From IMG/VR virus record IMGVR_UViG_3300039431_000490, positions 4,498 to 68,497 of that record: a stretch of 64,000 bases of DNA; one strand, written 5' to 3'. Every line of letters begins with the position of its first letter. The stretch's first letter is position 1. Made by a program: the position numbers and the translations under genes. Positions 30,434-39,634 of the stretch are shown here, in pieces. Origin of the DNA: a virus (lineage: Duplodnaviria; Caudoviricetes). The notes beneath the pieces are model-generated. The model did not search any database, was not told where the DNA came from, and saw only the letters and a program-made list of their open reading frames with translations.

Positions 30434-32800
30434 ATGGCAGTAAAGGTAAAAAATAATATCTATACTGACCTTGATATGCATAATAATAGAATCATCCGAG
30501 TAGGAGAGATTCAAGGAACTGTTGATGCTGTAGAACATTCTCTAACAGTTGCAGGTTCGAGTGCATATGATGGGTCATCTGAGAAAACTGTAGTTTTAGA
30601 ATCAGATGAATTCCCTCAAGTAAGAAGAGTTACTTGGCAGGGAAATCCTGTAACAGTAAGGAATGAAATTGCTGAGTTACCTTTTAATGAAGTTCAAGGT
30701 ATCACTGGCAGTAAGGGTGCTCAAGGAGTTACCGGATCTAAAGGATTCCAAGGTATAACTGGTGCATCTTATAAAGGTAATGTCGGTGCTAAAGGAAAAA
30801 CTGGTAGTACCGGATTAAATGGTGTGCTTGGAGCTCAAGGTCCAATTGGGAATATAGGTGATAAGGGTATATTAGGTCCTCAAGGTTTTACTGGTGATCA
30901 GGGTTATGTTGGTAACAATGGTCAAGTAGGACTACAAGGTTTTACTGGAGCTAGAGGATATTCTTATACACAAGCAGTAACTGGAGCTAAAGGTACTCAA
31001 GGAGTATCAGGTGCGATAAATAAAGGAATTCAAGGAATTTCTGGTACCCAAGGTTTGACTGGAAATATTGGTGCCCAAGGATTAACAGGTATTAATGGAG
31101 CTCAAGGTCAAGTTGGAGCTCAAGGTATAACTGGTGCACCTAATCAAGGTATAACTGGTGGTAAAGGTCCTACTGGAGCTCAAGGAGCTACTGGATCCAG
31201 AGTGACTGGTACCCAAGGTCTTACTGGACAGACTGGCTCTACTGGATTAGTAGGAGCTAATGTACAAGGTATTACTGGACAGATTGGATCGATAGGAGCT
31301 CAAGGTATCACTGGTGCACGTAAAGCTCAGTGGAATGGAGCTCAAGGTTATACTGGATTGAGAGGTATAACTGGAGCTCAGAAACCTCAATGGAATGGAG
31401 CTCAGGGAACTACAGGAGATCAAGGTATTACAGGATCAGTAGGAGCTAATGTACAAGGAACTACTGGAGCTAAGGGTCCTACTGGAGCTCAAGGAGCTTC
31501 AGGAGCTAGACCTAATTCAATTATAGGTGCTCAAGGTACTACTGGACCTGGTGGATCAACTGGAATTCAAGGTGTAACTGGAGCTAAACCTGACTGGACT
31601 GGAGCTCAAGGTTTAACTGGTGATAAAGGTTCTACTGGAGCTAAACCAGATTGGACTGGAGTTCAAGGTTTAACTGGTGATAAAGGTTCTACTGGAGCTA
31701 AACCGGATTGGACCGGAGTTCAAGGTTTAACTGGTGACAAAGGTTCTACTGGAGCTCAAAAACCTAAGTGGAATGGAGCTCAAGGTTATACTGGATTAAG
31801 AGGTATTACTGGAGCTAGACCTAATCAGATTACGGGTTCTCAAGGTACAACTGGAGCTCAAGGTATTACAGGTACCACTGGAGCTAAACCAGATTGGACT
31901 GGAGTTCAAGGTACCACAGGTAACACTGGAGCTGTTGGAGCTAATCCAGGTAATTGGATTGGAGCTCAAGGTCAAGTTGGAGCTCAGGGTACAACTGGTC
32001 CAGTAGGAGCTAAACCAGATTGGACTGGAGCTCAAGGTCCTATTGGAGCTCAAGGAGCTACTGGAGGTAGTCCTAAGGGAGCTCAAGGTTTAACTGGTGA
32101 TAAAGGTACCCAAGGTACTACTGGAGGCAGTCCTAGAGGAGCTCAAGGTTTAACCGGTAATAGGGGAGCTCAAGGTGCTACTGGAGGTAGTCCTACGGGA
32201 GCTCAAGGTCTTACTGGTAATAAGGGTGCCCAAGGAGCAACTGGAGGCAGTCCTAGAGGAGCTCAAGGTTTAACCGGTAATAGGGGAGCTCAAGGTACTA
32301 CTGGAGGTAGTCCTAAGGGAGCTCAAGGTTTAACTGGTAATAAGGGAGCTCAAGGTGCTACTGGAGGTAGTCCTAAGGGTGCTACTGGATTATCTGGTAA
32401 TACAGGTGCAACTTATCCTTTTAATCCGGATAAGACTGGATCGGTATCTAATTCCATTGCTCAAAGAAATGGTACAGCTCTATATGCAGCTGGAGGATTC
32501 TTCCAGTCATCCGACCTTAGAATAAAGAATATTATATCAGACTTCAATCCAGTTGATTTACTTAAAAAGGTACATCAATTAAGAAAAGTCTACTATAATT
32601 GGATAGCTAATCCTGATGGTCCACGTGAAATCGGTGTACTAGCACAAGATATTCAAAAGATTGTTCCAGAAGTAGTATCCACATCAGAGGATGGTACTTT
32701 AGCAGTTGATTATGATAAACTCAATGTGGTTGCACTCAGGGCATTTAATGATCTGGTATTAAATCACATTTTCAATCATGAGTCAGCTAGGCTTTATTGA
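30434..32800 (+). CDS. Thr-rich collagen-like tail fibre with C-terminal peptidase S74 chaperone
   Basis: G-X-Y repeats; 'FFQSSDLRIKNII...IGVLAQDIQKIVPEVV...VDY'. The track's TTG start precedes an intergenic hairpin; ATG 30434 is preferred. Confidence 0.9.
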   Translation: MAVKVKNNIYTDLDMHNNRIIRVGEIQGTVDAVEHSLTVAGSSAYDGSSEKTVVLESDEFPQVRRVTWQGNPVTVRNEIAELPFNEVQGITGSKGAQGVTGSKGFQGITGASYKGNVGAKGKTGSTGLNGVLGAQGPIGNIGDKGILGPQGFTGDQGYVGNNGQVGLQGFTGARGYSYTQAVTGAKGTQGVSGAINKGIQGISGTQGLTGNIGAQGLTGINGAQGQVGAQGITGAPNQGITGGKGPTGAQGATGSRVTGTQGLTGQTGSTGLVGANVQGITGQIGSIGAQGITGARKAQWNGAQGYTGLRGITGAQKPQWNGAQGTTGDQGITGSVGANVQGTTGAKGPTGAQGASGARPNSIIGAQGTTGPGGSTGIQGVTGAKPDWTGAQGLTGDKGSTGAKPDWTGVQGLTGDKGSTGAKPDWTGVQGLTGDKGSTGAQKPKWNGAQGYTGLRGITGARPNQITGSQGTTGAQGITGTTGAKPDWTGVQGTTGNTGAVGANPGNWIGAQGQVGAQGTTGPVGAKPDWTGAQGPIGAQGATGGSPKGAQGLTGDKGTQGTTGGSPRGAQGLTGNRGAQGATGGSPTGAQGLTGNKGAQGATGGSPRGAQGLTGNRGAQGTTGGSPKGAQGLTGNKGAQGATGGSPKGATGLSGNTGATYPFNPDKTGSVSNSIAQRNGTALYAAGGFFQSSDLRIKNIISDFNPVDLLKKVHQLRKVYYNWIANPDGPREIGVLAQDIQKIVPEVVSTSEDGTLAVDYDKLNVVALRAFNDLVLNHIFNHESARLY

Positions 32801-33221
32801 ACAACTTCTAGATAATACTAATTATCTATATGGAACCATGTTGAAGCAGTTCGCATGGTATAAAAAAGTGATGGGTACCAAGGTAACAGTTACTCGTATC
32901 AAAGAAAGAAATAAGTATAAAACTGTATTCGGTTCGGTAGCAAGCTCTACTATTCCAGATGACAGTGATGCTGAGAAATTCCAATATACAGTATTAATAT
33001 CTCTTAATGATATGTTAAGACTGTATCAAGAAACCTCAAACTCAATGACTTTCTATGATAATGAGGATAAACTTGAACTTGGTGATATCTTATCATTTTC
33101 ACGTAAAGATATGCAGTATAAATTCAAGATTACTGAAATTCAAACTTTCTCAGAAGCAGATAATGTACTGAGACAGTATACAATTGCAGGTCTTGCAGAT
33201 ATCGAAACTGGAATAAAATGA
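32778..33221 (+). CDS. Hypothetical protein (possible neck/head-completion beta-barrel)
   Basis: ORF track; pattern 'LELGDILSF...YKFKITEI' is typical of head-tail joining proteins (weak). Confidence 0.55.
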   Translation: MSQLGFIEQLLDNTNYLYGTMLKQFAWYKKVMGTKVTVTRIKERNKYKTVFGSVASSTIPDDSDAEKFQYTVLISLNDMLRLYQETSNSMTFYDNEDKLELGDILSFSRKDMQYKFKITEIQTFSEADNVLRQYTIAGLADIETGIK

Positions 33222-33910
33222 GAATATTATTACTACTTCTTCAAATATATTTCTTTGGATTTGCAGGGGTGCCTAATAAGGTACCCCTCGAACCAAAGAT
33301 GAGTAATCCAATTAAAGCTACTCAATATATTTCAGATTATAGTGTAAAAGATCATATTCCATTAATGGTTTATTATACCATTGAAGATGAAAAGTTACAA
33401 GGTTATGGAAGATACAATTTCCATGTGGAGCTTTATAATAAAACTGCACAACCTTCTGACTATAATTATAGTGGGTATGATCGAGGACATATGTTCCCAT
33501 CAGCTAGTAGTAATAGTTATACTGCTAACTATGAGTCATTTGATATGGTAAATATGTGTCCACAGTTACCAGGATTTAATCGTGGAATCTGGAAAATTAC
33601 TGAAGACTTTGAAAGGAATAACTGTTACCCACTTGCTCATGTCATTTGTGGAGTAATATTGCATGGAAGTGAGAAAACTTATAATAAGATTACAATTCCA
33701 GAATACTTCTATAAGATTATTTATAATCCAACTGAAAATGCCATGATAGCATTCTTACTGCAGCAGACTACCACTGGTAATCTTAAATCTTATGCAGTAA
33801 CAGTTGATACAATAGAACGTTTAACTGGAAAAGACTTCTTTTATCAACTCCCTTATTTTCAGCAATCGCTACTAGAATCTAAAATAGACTATAACAAGTG
33901 GAATTGGTAA
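33218..33910 (+). CDS. DNA/RNA non-specific endonuclease (NucA/Serratia-type, beta-beta-alpha-metal) with hydrophobic N-terminus
   Basis: GYDRGHMFPS, NMCPQLPGFNRGIW and IPEYFYKII motifs. Confidence 0.9.
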   Translation: MRILLLLLQIYFFGFAGVPNKVPLEPKMSNPIKATQYISDYSVKDHIPLMVYYTIEDEKLQGYGRYNFHVELYNKTAQPSDYNYSGYDRGHMFPSASSNSYTANYESFDMVNMCPQLPGFNRGIWKITEDFERNNCYPLAHVICGVILHGSEKTYNKITIPEYFYKIIYNPTENAMIAFLLQQTTTGNLKSYAVTVDTIERLTGKDFFYQLPYFQQSLLESKIDYNKWNW

Positions 33911-33983
33911 AGCTTGAAACTAATCATTATATAGGCAGTTACTATTAATTTAGTGACTGCTACCTAATCAATTAAATTAAATT

Positions 33984-34154
33984 ATGAGACGTAAAGATGT
34001 TAAAAGTCCACGGGTTATTTCAATGCCTGTGAATGGAGAGAATCATACTCCTAAGAGCACTCCTAAAGTTATAGCGATGCCTGTAAATGGAGAGAATCAT
34101 ACTCCAAAAAGTACTCCAAAGGTAATCCCGATGCCAGTTAACGTTGAAGAATAA
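33984..34154 (+). CDS. 56-aa peptide made of ~2.7 tandem 18-aa repeats (not in ORF track)
   Basis: AATTATG start; MRRKDVKSPRVISMPVNGENHTPKSTPKVIAMPVNGENHTPKSTPKVIPMPVNVEE; repeat differences are mainly at third codon positions. Confidence 0.75.
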   Translation: MRRKDVKSPRVISMPVNGENHTPKSTPKVIAMPVNGENHTPKSTPKVIPMPVNVEE

Positions 34155-34156
34155 TT

Positions 34157-35992
34157 ATGTCTAGGTTATCTATATCAAAATTACTCTCGAGGTCTACAGT
34201 TAAAATGCCTGAAAATAACCGAGAAGAGGTTAAATTTGATGTAGAAGGCGTACGTAAGACTTCAAGTGATAATCCAGATGGTCCTAAATATACAGAGAAA
34301 ACTGTAAATCTACCATCAAGTGAAACTCAAGGATATACTCCTGATGTTGATGCCGAATTCGAAAGAAATTGTAAAATAGTTGCAGATACACTAGGAAAAT
34401 ATAAACAGTGGAAAAATGATCCTGAAGGTTATATATCATTACTAGGTGGATTAGTACAACCTAAACTAACTGGAACACTAGCTCAAATGGCGGACAATCT
34501 TAACTTTCTAAGGTATGAGAGTACCGATATAGTTAGAATGCCTAAATATATGCAGTATGAAGATCAAAAGACTCTTTCTACTGCACTAAATGCTATTAAA
34601 ACTACCCTTGGTAATGTTACTGGTCAAGTATCAACAAACTATGATCTTTTAAGGTCAGTTTATGATAATGACGTCCGTGATGGTGGAACAGTAGCGAAGA
34701 GGGTTGCGAAAGGTATTATGCAGACTCTTGGTAAAGATATGCTGAAGAAGGAATTTGAGAAGTCACGTCTCAGTCCTGCACTTCCGGCATCTCTTGCTCA
34801 GGGTAGTATGTATCAAGTATCCGGTAAAAATGGTACTTTAGGTGGAGCTATCCTTGGTTCACTATGGGATATGGTGAGTGGGAAAGGTGATATCAAAGGT
34901 GGAGATGTGATATATAATCAAGCTAAAATATCTGAAGATAGTAGAGCTGCTAATTATACCAAATTTGCTGATCCATACCTAGGTGGTAATGCTAAGAAAT
35001 TAGGAGATACTATTGCAGATGTTCAGAAATTTTTATCTGATGCTGGATACATGGCTGGATATAAAGATTATGCTGGATTTGAATTAGGTTCGAATCATTT
35101 ATGGAAAACAGAAATTTATCCATATAAAAGTAAACATGGGGATACATGTACACCTCCATTACCAGCATATTACTTACCAGCATTATGGACTACTTCAGAT
35201 AGATATGATTCTTCAAGACCTAAGAGTGATATATTACTAAATGCTCTTAATTTAAATTGGGATTATGAAATTCAAAAAACTGTAGCTAGATTAGAGCCTA
35301 ATGAAGTAAAAGATTTAAGTGATAAATTTGTTAATAATTTAATTTCAAATTTATCAGCTAGATTAGGATTTAAGTCATCTTCTAATAGAGCTATAGGAAA
35401 TGAATGGAGACAATTTAGTTTCTCAAGGAATTGTCCTGTAGTTTCATATGACTTGAACTTTGGTACTATGAGGACTGAAGCTCAACAATTATTTAATGGA
35501 AGTGCTATAGAGATTTTCAGTGGAATGCAATATAATGCTACTTTAAATTTATCTATTATTGATGATGTATATCAAAGTATGCATAAATATTGGACTCACT
35601 ATATTAACTCTATCTATGATATTAATACTCATTCAATTGCTCCATATTATAATATGGCATTTGAGATAGTATTAACTATATTCAGATCAGCTTATAAAAT
35701 TAATCAGAAATATAGATTTATTGCAGTTCCAATTGAATATACTCCAAGATTAGATGGACAACAGGATCCTACCGAAGCTAGAATTGATATGACTTTCGGT
35801 ATTATTGGACTGATTCAACCAGATGGTAAATCAAAGAACCTATATCGAGATGAAAATATTTCTAGAGGACAATCAGTAAATACAAGATATGGTATGCCTG
35901 CTGCAGATAATGAGGTTCAATACACTGATCAAGATCCATCTGAGCTTACTTGGCAAGATATCATGATCAATATGGGAAATAATGAGAAATGA
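34157..35992 (+). CDS. Large structural protein with probable C-terminal tube-like (gp19/gp48/gp54-type) domain
   Basis: C-terminal strand pattern 'ATLNLSIIDDVYQSMHKYW...FEIVLTIF...YRFIAVPIEY' parallels tube folds (inference). Confidence 0.5.
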   Translation: MSRLSISKLLSRSTVKMPENNREEVKFDVEGVRKTSSDNPDGPKYTEKTVNLPSSETQGYTPDVDAEFERNCKIVADTLGKYKQWKNDPEGYISLLGGLVQPKLTGTLAQMADNLNFLRYESTDIVRMPKYMQYEDQKTLSTALNAIKTTLGNVTGQVSTNYDLLRSVYDNDVRDGGTVAKRVAKGIMQTLGKDMLKKEFEKSRLSPALPASLAQGSMYQVSGKNGTLGGAILGSLWDMVSGKGDIKGGDVIYNQAKISEDSRAANYTKFADPYLGGNAKKLGDTIADVQKFLSDAGYMAGYKDYAGFELGSNHLWKTEIYPYKSKHGDTCTPPLPAYYLPALWTTSDRYDSSRPKSDILLNALNLNWDYEIQKTVARLEPNEVKDLSDKFVNNLISNLSARLGFKSSSNRAIGNEWRQFSFSRNCPVVSYDLNFGTMRTEAQQLFNGSAIEIFSGMQYNATLNLSIIDDVYQSMHKYWTHYINSIYDINTHSIAPYYNMAFEIVLTIFRSAYKINQKYRFIAVPIEYTPRLDGQQDPTEARIDMTFGIIGLIQPDGKSKNLYRDENISRGQSVNTRYGMPAADNEVQYTDQDPSELTWQDIMINMGNNEK

Positions 35993-38619
35993 GTAAAATA
36001 ACCTTAAAATCTATTACTGTAAATAGATCAATTGAAGGTGATCCATTTACCTATGTGGGAGCAGTAGTAGATTCAGACTCTGGTTATCTGCTTCCCAAAT
36101 TATACAAGTCTACTCAAGAACTTGAAACTGATCTAGGATCATTTAAATATGATCAAATGTACAAAAACCTAATCATAAATGGCGTACCTACATGCTTGCT
36201 CCCAGTTACTACTCCTGAGAGCAAGTATGCAGTATGCTCATTACGATTAAGTAATGATCCAGATAGAGTTTTAGGTGTAACTCATCCAAAGAAATCCAAA
36301 AGATATCAATATCAAGAAAGACCTGATCTTCTTCATTTAAATACTCATCCCGAGTATACATTATCGGAGAATGATATCAATCAATTTGATTTTGATGAAA
36401 AAACTTTTGGTTCAATCCTCGATCTTACTGATGTAGCATTAGAGGATCTAAATACTTCTCCAGATCAATACGCCTACTGGTTAGTGATGGATACTGGTGG
36501 ACGTCTTCAGATGTTTTGTTCAGAATACATTAGTGAAGATGAACAAGGTAGAGATATTAGAGGTAGAAGTATCCGAGGTATAACAACTTCGGAATATACA
36601 TATTTAAATAACGATGCTGATTATTTTCAATTTAATCCATCTCAATTAATTACTTGGAAAGATATACTCACTGATATCAAAACTCGTTGGAATAACCCTG
36701 ATGGTGATTATTTTAAATATAATCGCAGTTGGTGTTATGACCTAACTGATCTGATAGTTGATTATGTTCGTGAATTTTGCACTGAGCATAAAATGCCAAG
36801 TGAAACACTTGAAAGTAATAAAGAATGGTTCAAGCAGTTAATTGAAGAATCTTGGATTGAAGATTTCTGGTTAGTATCAAATCGTAGAGTTGCTACTATA
36901 TTAGAACAAGTCGCTGATTCATTTGAAGCTGACGCAGTTCTAACTAAAGATATGGTGGTAGCTCAAGTACCCTCAAGGGTACCTGAATTGCATAAGCTCG
37001 TATTTACTTTTCATAAACCTTCAGTGAAAGTAAGTAGGTCTTATCTTCCAGGTGTAAAAGTTCAGACTATGAGAAATTATACTCAAGATAGACTTTGTGA
37101 GTTTACTGAGCGTAATAAAGTAGTAGAATTTTATGCTAAGATGAAAGGTCCAGCTGGGCAGAAAATTCAGATTACAATTGAAAATGTCAGATACAAACCT
37201 GAATTAAAAAATATAACTATTACAAATGGATTAATTACCGAATTCTATACGGTATATACTACTAATATCGATGGAAAGACTTATGATAGTGACGTTATCT
37301 ATTTTGGTGACATTACTAAGCAGTCACAACTGGTTGAAGTAGTGATATTTAACTATGATGATGAAGGTAATTATATTGATGATAAATATTGGGATGAAGA
37401 TCATAATAAACCTTATAATGAAGATTATAGGAGAGGTTTAGATTATGATGAATCTGGTGAAGCTTACGTGAATCTTGATCTTGATATTCCAACTGGTACA
37501 TTCTATCTTGATAGGATTACTGATGAGGAGGTCGTTGATAGTGACTATTATGATTCACTAGATATTTTCAAAGGTTCAGATTGGTATCCAGATTTATTCC
37601 TTATTCATGAAGTAAGAGGTAAGTTGAATGATGATGTAGATTATTTTGATAAGATCTTGGAGGTTATTGATCAACCAAACTTAGAATATAATCGACTATC
37701 ATCCTCACTGTATTCAAGTGCTCTTATCAATCTGGATTATAGGCAGTTGAATCGTGAGTACACATCTTTATGTACAAGACAGTTTACTAAAGATAATCTA
37801 AGTCAATATATTGGTAGGTATTGTCAGCGTAAGGATAGTAATAATCGACTCTTATATTTTCATGGAAAAGTATTTATTGATGGAGTAGAATATCCATCAT
37901 TTTATCCTTATATTTATAACCTTCTTACTCAAGATTATTTGGAGTATAGTGCAGTTAATTTCCGATATAATCCATTTAAATTGGAAGTTGGAAACTGTAT
38001 ACCTATAAGTCTTGAGATAGAGGGTGATAAGACTGATCATACATATTCTAGAGTTGAGTGCATAGAGATAACATATCTAAAAGAAGTTGATGATACTCAA
38101 ACATTAATAGGATTTAGATCTAAAGATGACGAAGAGGGGTCCGAACAAAGATTCGGAATTGTGACTCAAGAAGAATTCTGGGAGATAAGTCCATTAAATG
38201 TTGAAGATGATGAATTCGTAAAGCCATCAGAAGGAGTATTTTATAGAATAAATTTCATGGAATATCTCCGAGATTGTCAGATCAATTACTTGATGTATGA
38301 TAACTTATGGTATTTCTGGGAGACTCTTAATGAACCTTATGGACAGTCATCATATTTCATCTTAAGATATATTGTATCTAAATATTCTCGTGAACTTGCA
38401 AAGATTCGTCATGAATTAACTGGTTTAGGTAGATGGGAAGTTGAAGATAAGCTACAAAGATTAAATGCTTATGTTTCTAGTAATCTTAAATTAGTTGAAG
38501 ACTCTGAATGTATAACAGACTACGATGAGCCAAATAACAAGTGCATAGTTCATTTTGAGATAATTGTACCTAAACTAGTAAATAAAACATATTATTTGAA
38601 TTTTATTTTAAACATTTAA
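35989..38619 (+). CDS. Second, divergent tail sheath-like protein
   Basis: N-terminal 'VGAVVDSDSG...STQELETDLG', central 'FYAKMKGPAGQKIQITI', C-terminal helix-helix-strand-strand ending in LNFILN; lies directly upstream of the tube gene. Confidence 0.55.
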   Translation: MSKITLKSITVNRSIEGDPFTYVGAVVDSDSGYLLPKLYKSTQELETDLGSFKYDQMYKNLIINGVPTCLLPVTTPESKYAVCSLRLSNDPDRVLGVTHPKKSKRYQYQERPDLLHLNTHPEYTLSENDINQFDFDEKTFGSILDLTDVALEDLNTSPDQYAYWLVMDTGGRLQMFCSEYISEDEQGRDIRGRSIRGITTSEYTYLNNDADYFQFNPSQLITWKDILTDIKTRWNNPDGDYFKYNRSWCYDLTDLIVDYVREFCTEHKMPSETLESNKEWFKQLIEESWIEDFWLVSNRRVATILEQVADSFEADAVLTKDMVVAQVPSRVPELHKLVFTFHKPSVKVSRSYLPGVKVQTMRNYTQDRLCEFTERNKVVEFYAKMKGPAGQKIQITIENVRYKPELKNITITNGLITEFYTVYTTNIDGKTYDSDVIYFGDITKQSQLVEVVIFNYDDEGNYIDDKYWDEDHNKPYNEDYRRGLDYDESGEAYVNLDLDIPTGTFYLDRITDEEVVDSDYYDSLDIFKGSDWYPDLFLIHEVRGKLNDDVDYFDKILEVIDQPNLEYNRLSSSLYSSALINLDYRQLNREYTSLCTRQFTKDNLSQYIGRYCQRKDSNNRLLYFHGKVFIDGVEYPSFYPYIYNLLTQDYLEYSAVNFRYNPFKLEVGNCIPISLEIEGDKTDHTYSRVECIEITYLKEVDDTQTLIGFRSKDDEEGSEQRFGIVTQEEFWEISPLNVEDDEFVKPSEGVFYRINFMEYLRDCQINYLMYDNLWYFWETLNEPYGQSSYFILRYIVSKYSRELAKIRHELTGLGRWEVEDKLQRLNAYVSSNLKLVEDSECITDYDEPNNKCIVHFEIIVPKLVNKTYYLNFILNI

Positions 38620-38623
38620 ATAC

Positions 38624-39226
38624 ATGGCTAGCAATTTATTTCTTGATGCAAAAGAGTTGATGCTTCAGAACGATGGTCTAAATTACATCAATTATGAAAC
38701 ACTCTCTGAAAACAACAAAGAGTTCCTTCGTTCAGATGTATGGGACTTCTTCTGGTCTCAACCAGCTGCCGCAGTTTATTTCCCAGGTAATGCTATGTTA
38801 CGTGCTCGTACGCAAGCAGTTAATCCCCAGTTTCCTGTTCAACTTGGTCAGATGACGGCTATAATCCGTCAATTCCAGCTTCAACAGACTACTATTTCTG
38901 GTACAACTGCAGGCTCCATTTCAATTGATTATAATGATCGTGAAGATCAGGCTATATTAGCCTGGCTAGATGACTGGCGTGATAAATGCGGTGATCGTGA
39001 GCATCGTTACGCTTTCCGTAAGGAAGATACTATAGCTCAGGGTCGACTGACTATCTACAATTCATCTCGTAAGCCTATCCGTATCTATGACTGCCTAACT
39101 ATGCAGATTACTGATCCAGGTAATGGTCTGAACCCTTCACTTAACTCTGATGACCCTCAGAATGTTGGTCAGGTGAGTGCGACATTCTCATTTGAGCACT
39201 TTAAGCTTGCTTGGAAGAATATCTAA
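38624..39226 (+). CDS. Tail tube protein (T4 gp19-like)
   Basis: 200 aa; 'ISIDYNDREDQAILAWLDDW...GRLTIYNSSRKPIRIY...VSATFSFEHF' pattern; synteny. Confidence 0.75.
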   Translation: MASNLFLDAKELMLQNDGLNYINYETLSENNKEFLRSDVWDFFWSQPAAAVYFPGNAMLRARTQAVNPQFPVQLGQMTAIIRQFQLQQTTISGTTAGSISIDYNDREDQAILAWLDDWRDKCGDREHRYAFRKEDTIAQGRLTIYNSSRKPIRIYDCLTMQITDPGNGLNPSLNSDDPQNVGQVSATFSFEHFKLAWKNI

Positions 39227-39397
39227 TAAGACTAAACGAAATGCTCACAACCTTATACTTGTAAGAGGTTGTAACTTTGTCGTAATAAACTACTGTCAGC
39301 CTATTGATTTAGACTGGCAGTTCCATAACATTGGATACTTGATACTATACTGTTAACCTATAAGGCTAGGTATGTTCATGTAAGGTGATATTATGTC

Positions 39398-39432
39398 AAG
39401 GGTAGCAACATAGTTTGTTACCCTTTACTTTT
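39398..39432 (+). terminator. Probable intrinsic terminator downstream of tube gene
   Basis: AAGGGTAGCAA-CATAGT-TTGTTACCCTT stem followed by TACTTTTT. Confidence 0.6.
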
Positions 39433-39475
39433 TATCATTCCAATCTAGTACTAACCAATTATAACATTCAAACTA

Positions 39476-39634
39476 ATGGCAGTCTGTTGGACTTGTAAAA
39501 AGGAAACTGTTGGATGCCCTAGGAGTGAATATGAAAGAAGGACTTTAACTTGGTGTCCTTACTATATTTATCGACCTGGGAGCGATGAACCTGATCCTGA
39601 TAGGAAATCAAAAAGAAAATCTAAGAAAAACTAA
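39476..39634 (+). CDS. 52-aa Cys4 peptide with basic tail (not in ORF track)
   Basis: MAVCWTCKKETVGCPRSEYERRTLTWCPYYIYRPGSDEPDPDRKSKRKSKKN. Confidence 0.6.
   Translation: MAVCWTCKKETVGCPRSEYERRTLTWCPYYIYRPGSDEPDPDRKSKRKSKKN

Noticed and set aside
31580-32400. CRISPR-like array
   Set aside because: The repeats are in-frame coding tandem repeats without unique spacers, and no cas genes are present.
26660-32520. Diversity-generating retroelement TR/VR pair in the fibre C-termini
   Set aside because: Differences between the two copies are not adenine-specific, both copies are in coding genes, and no reverse transcriptase is present in the window.
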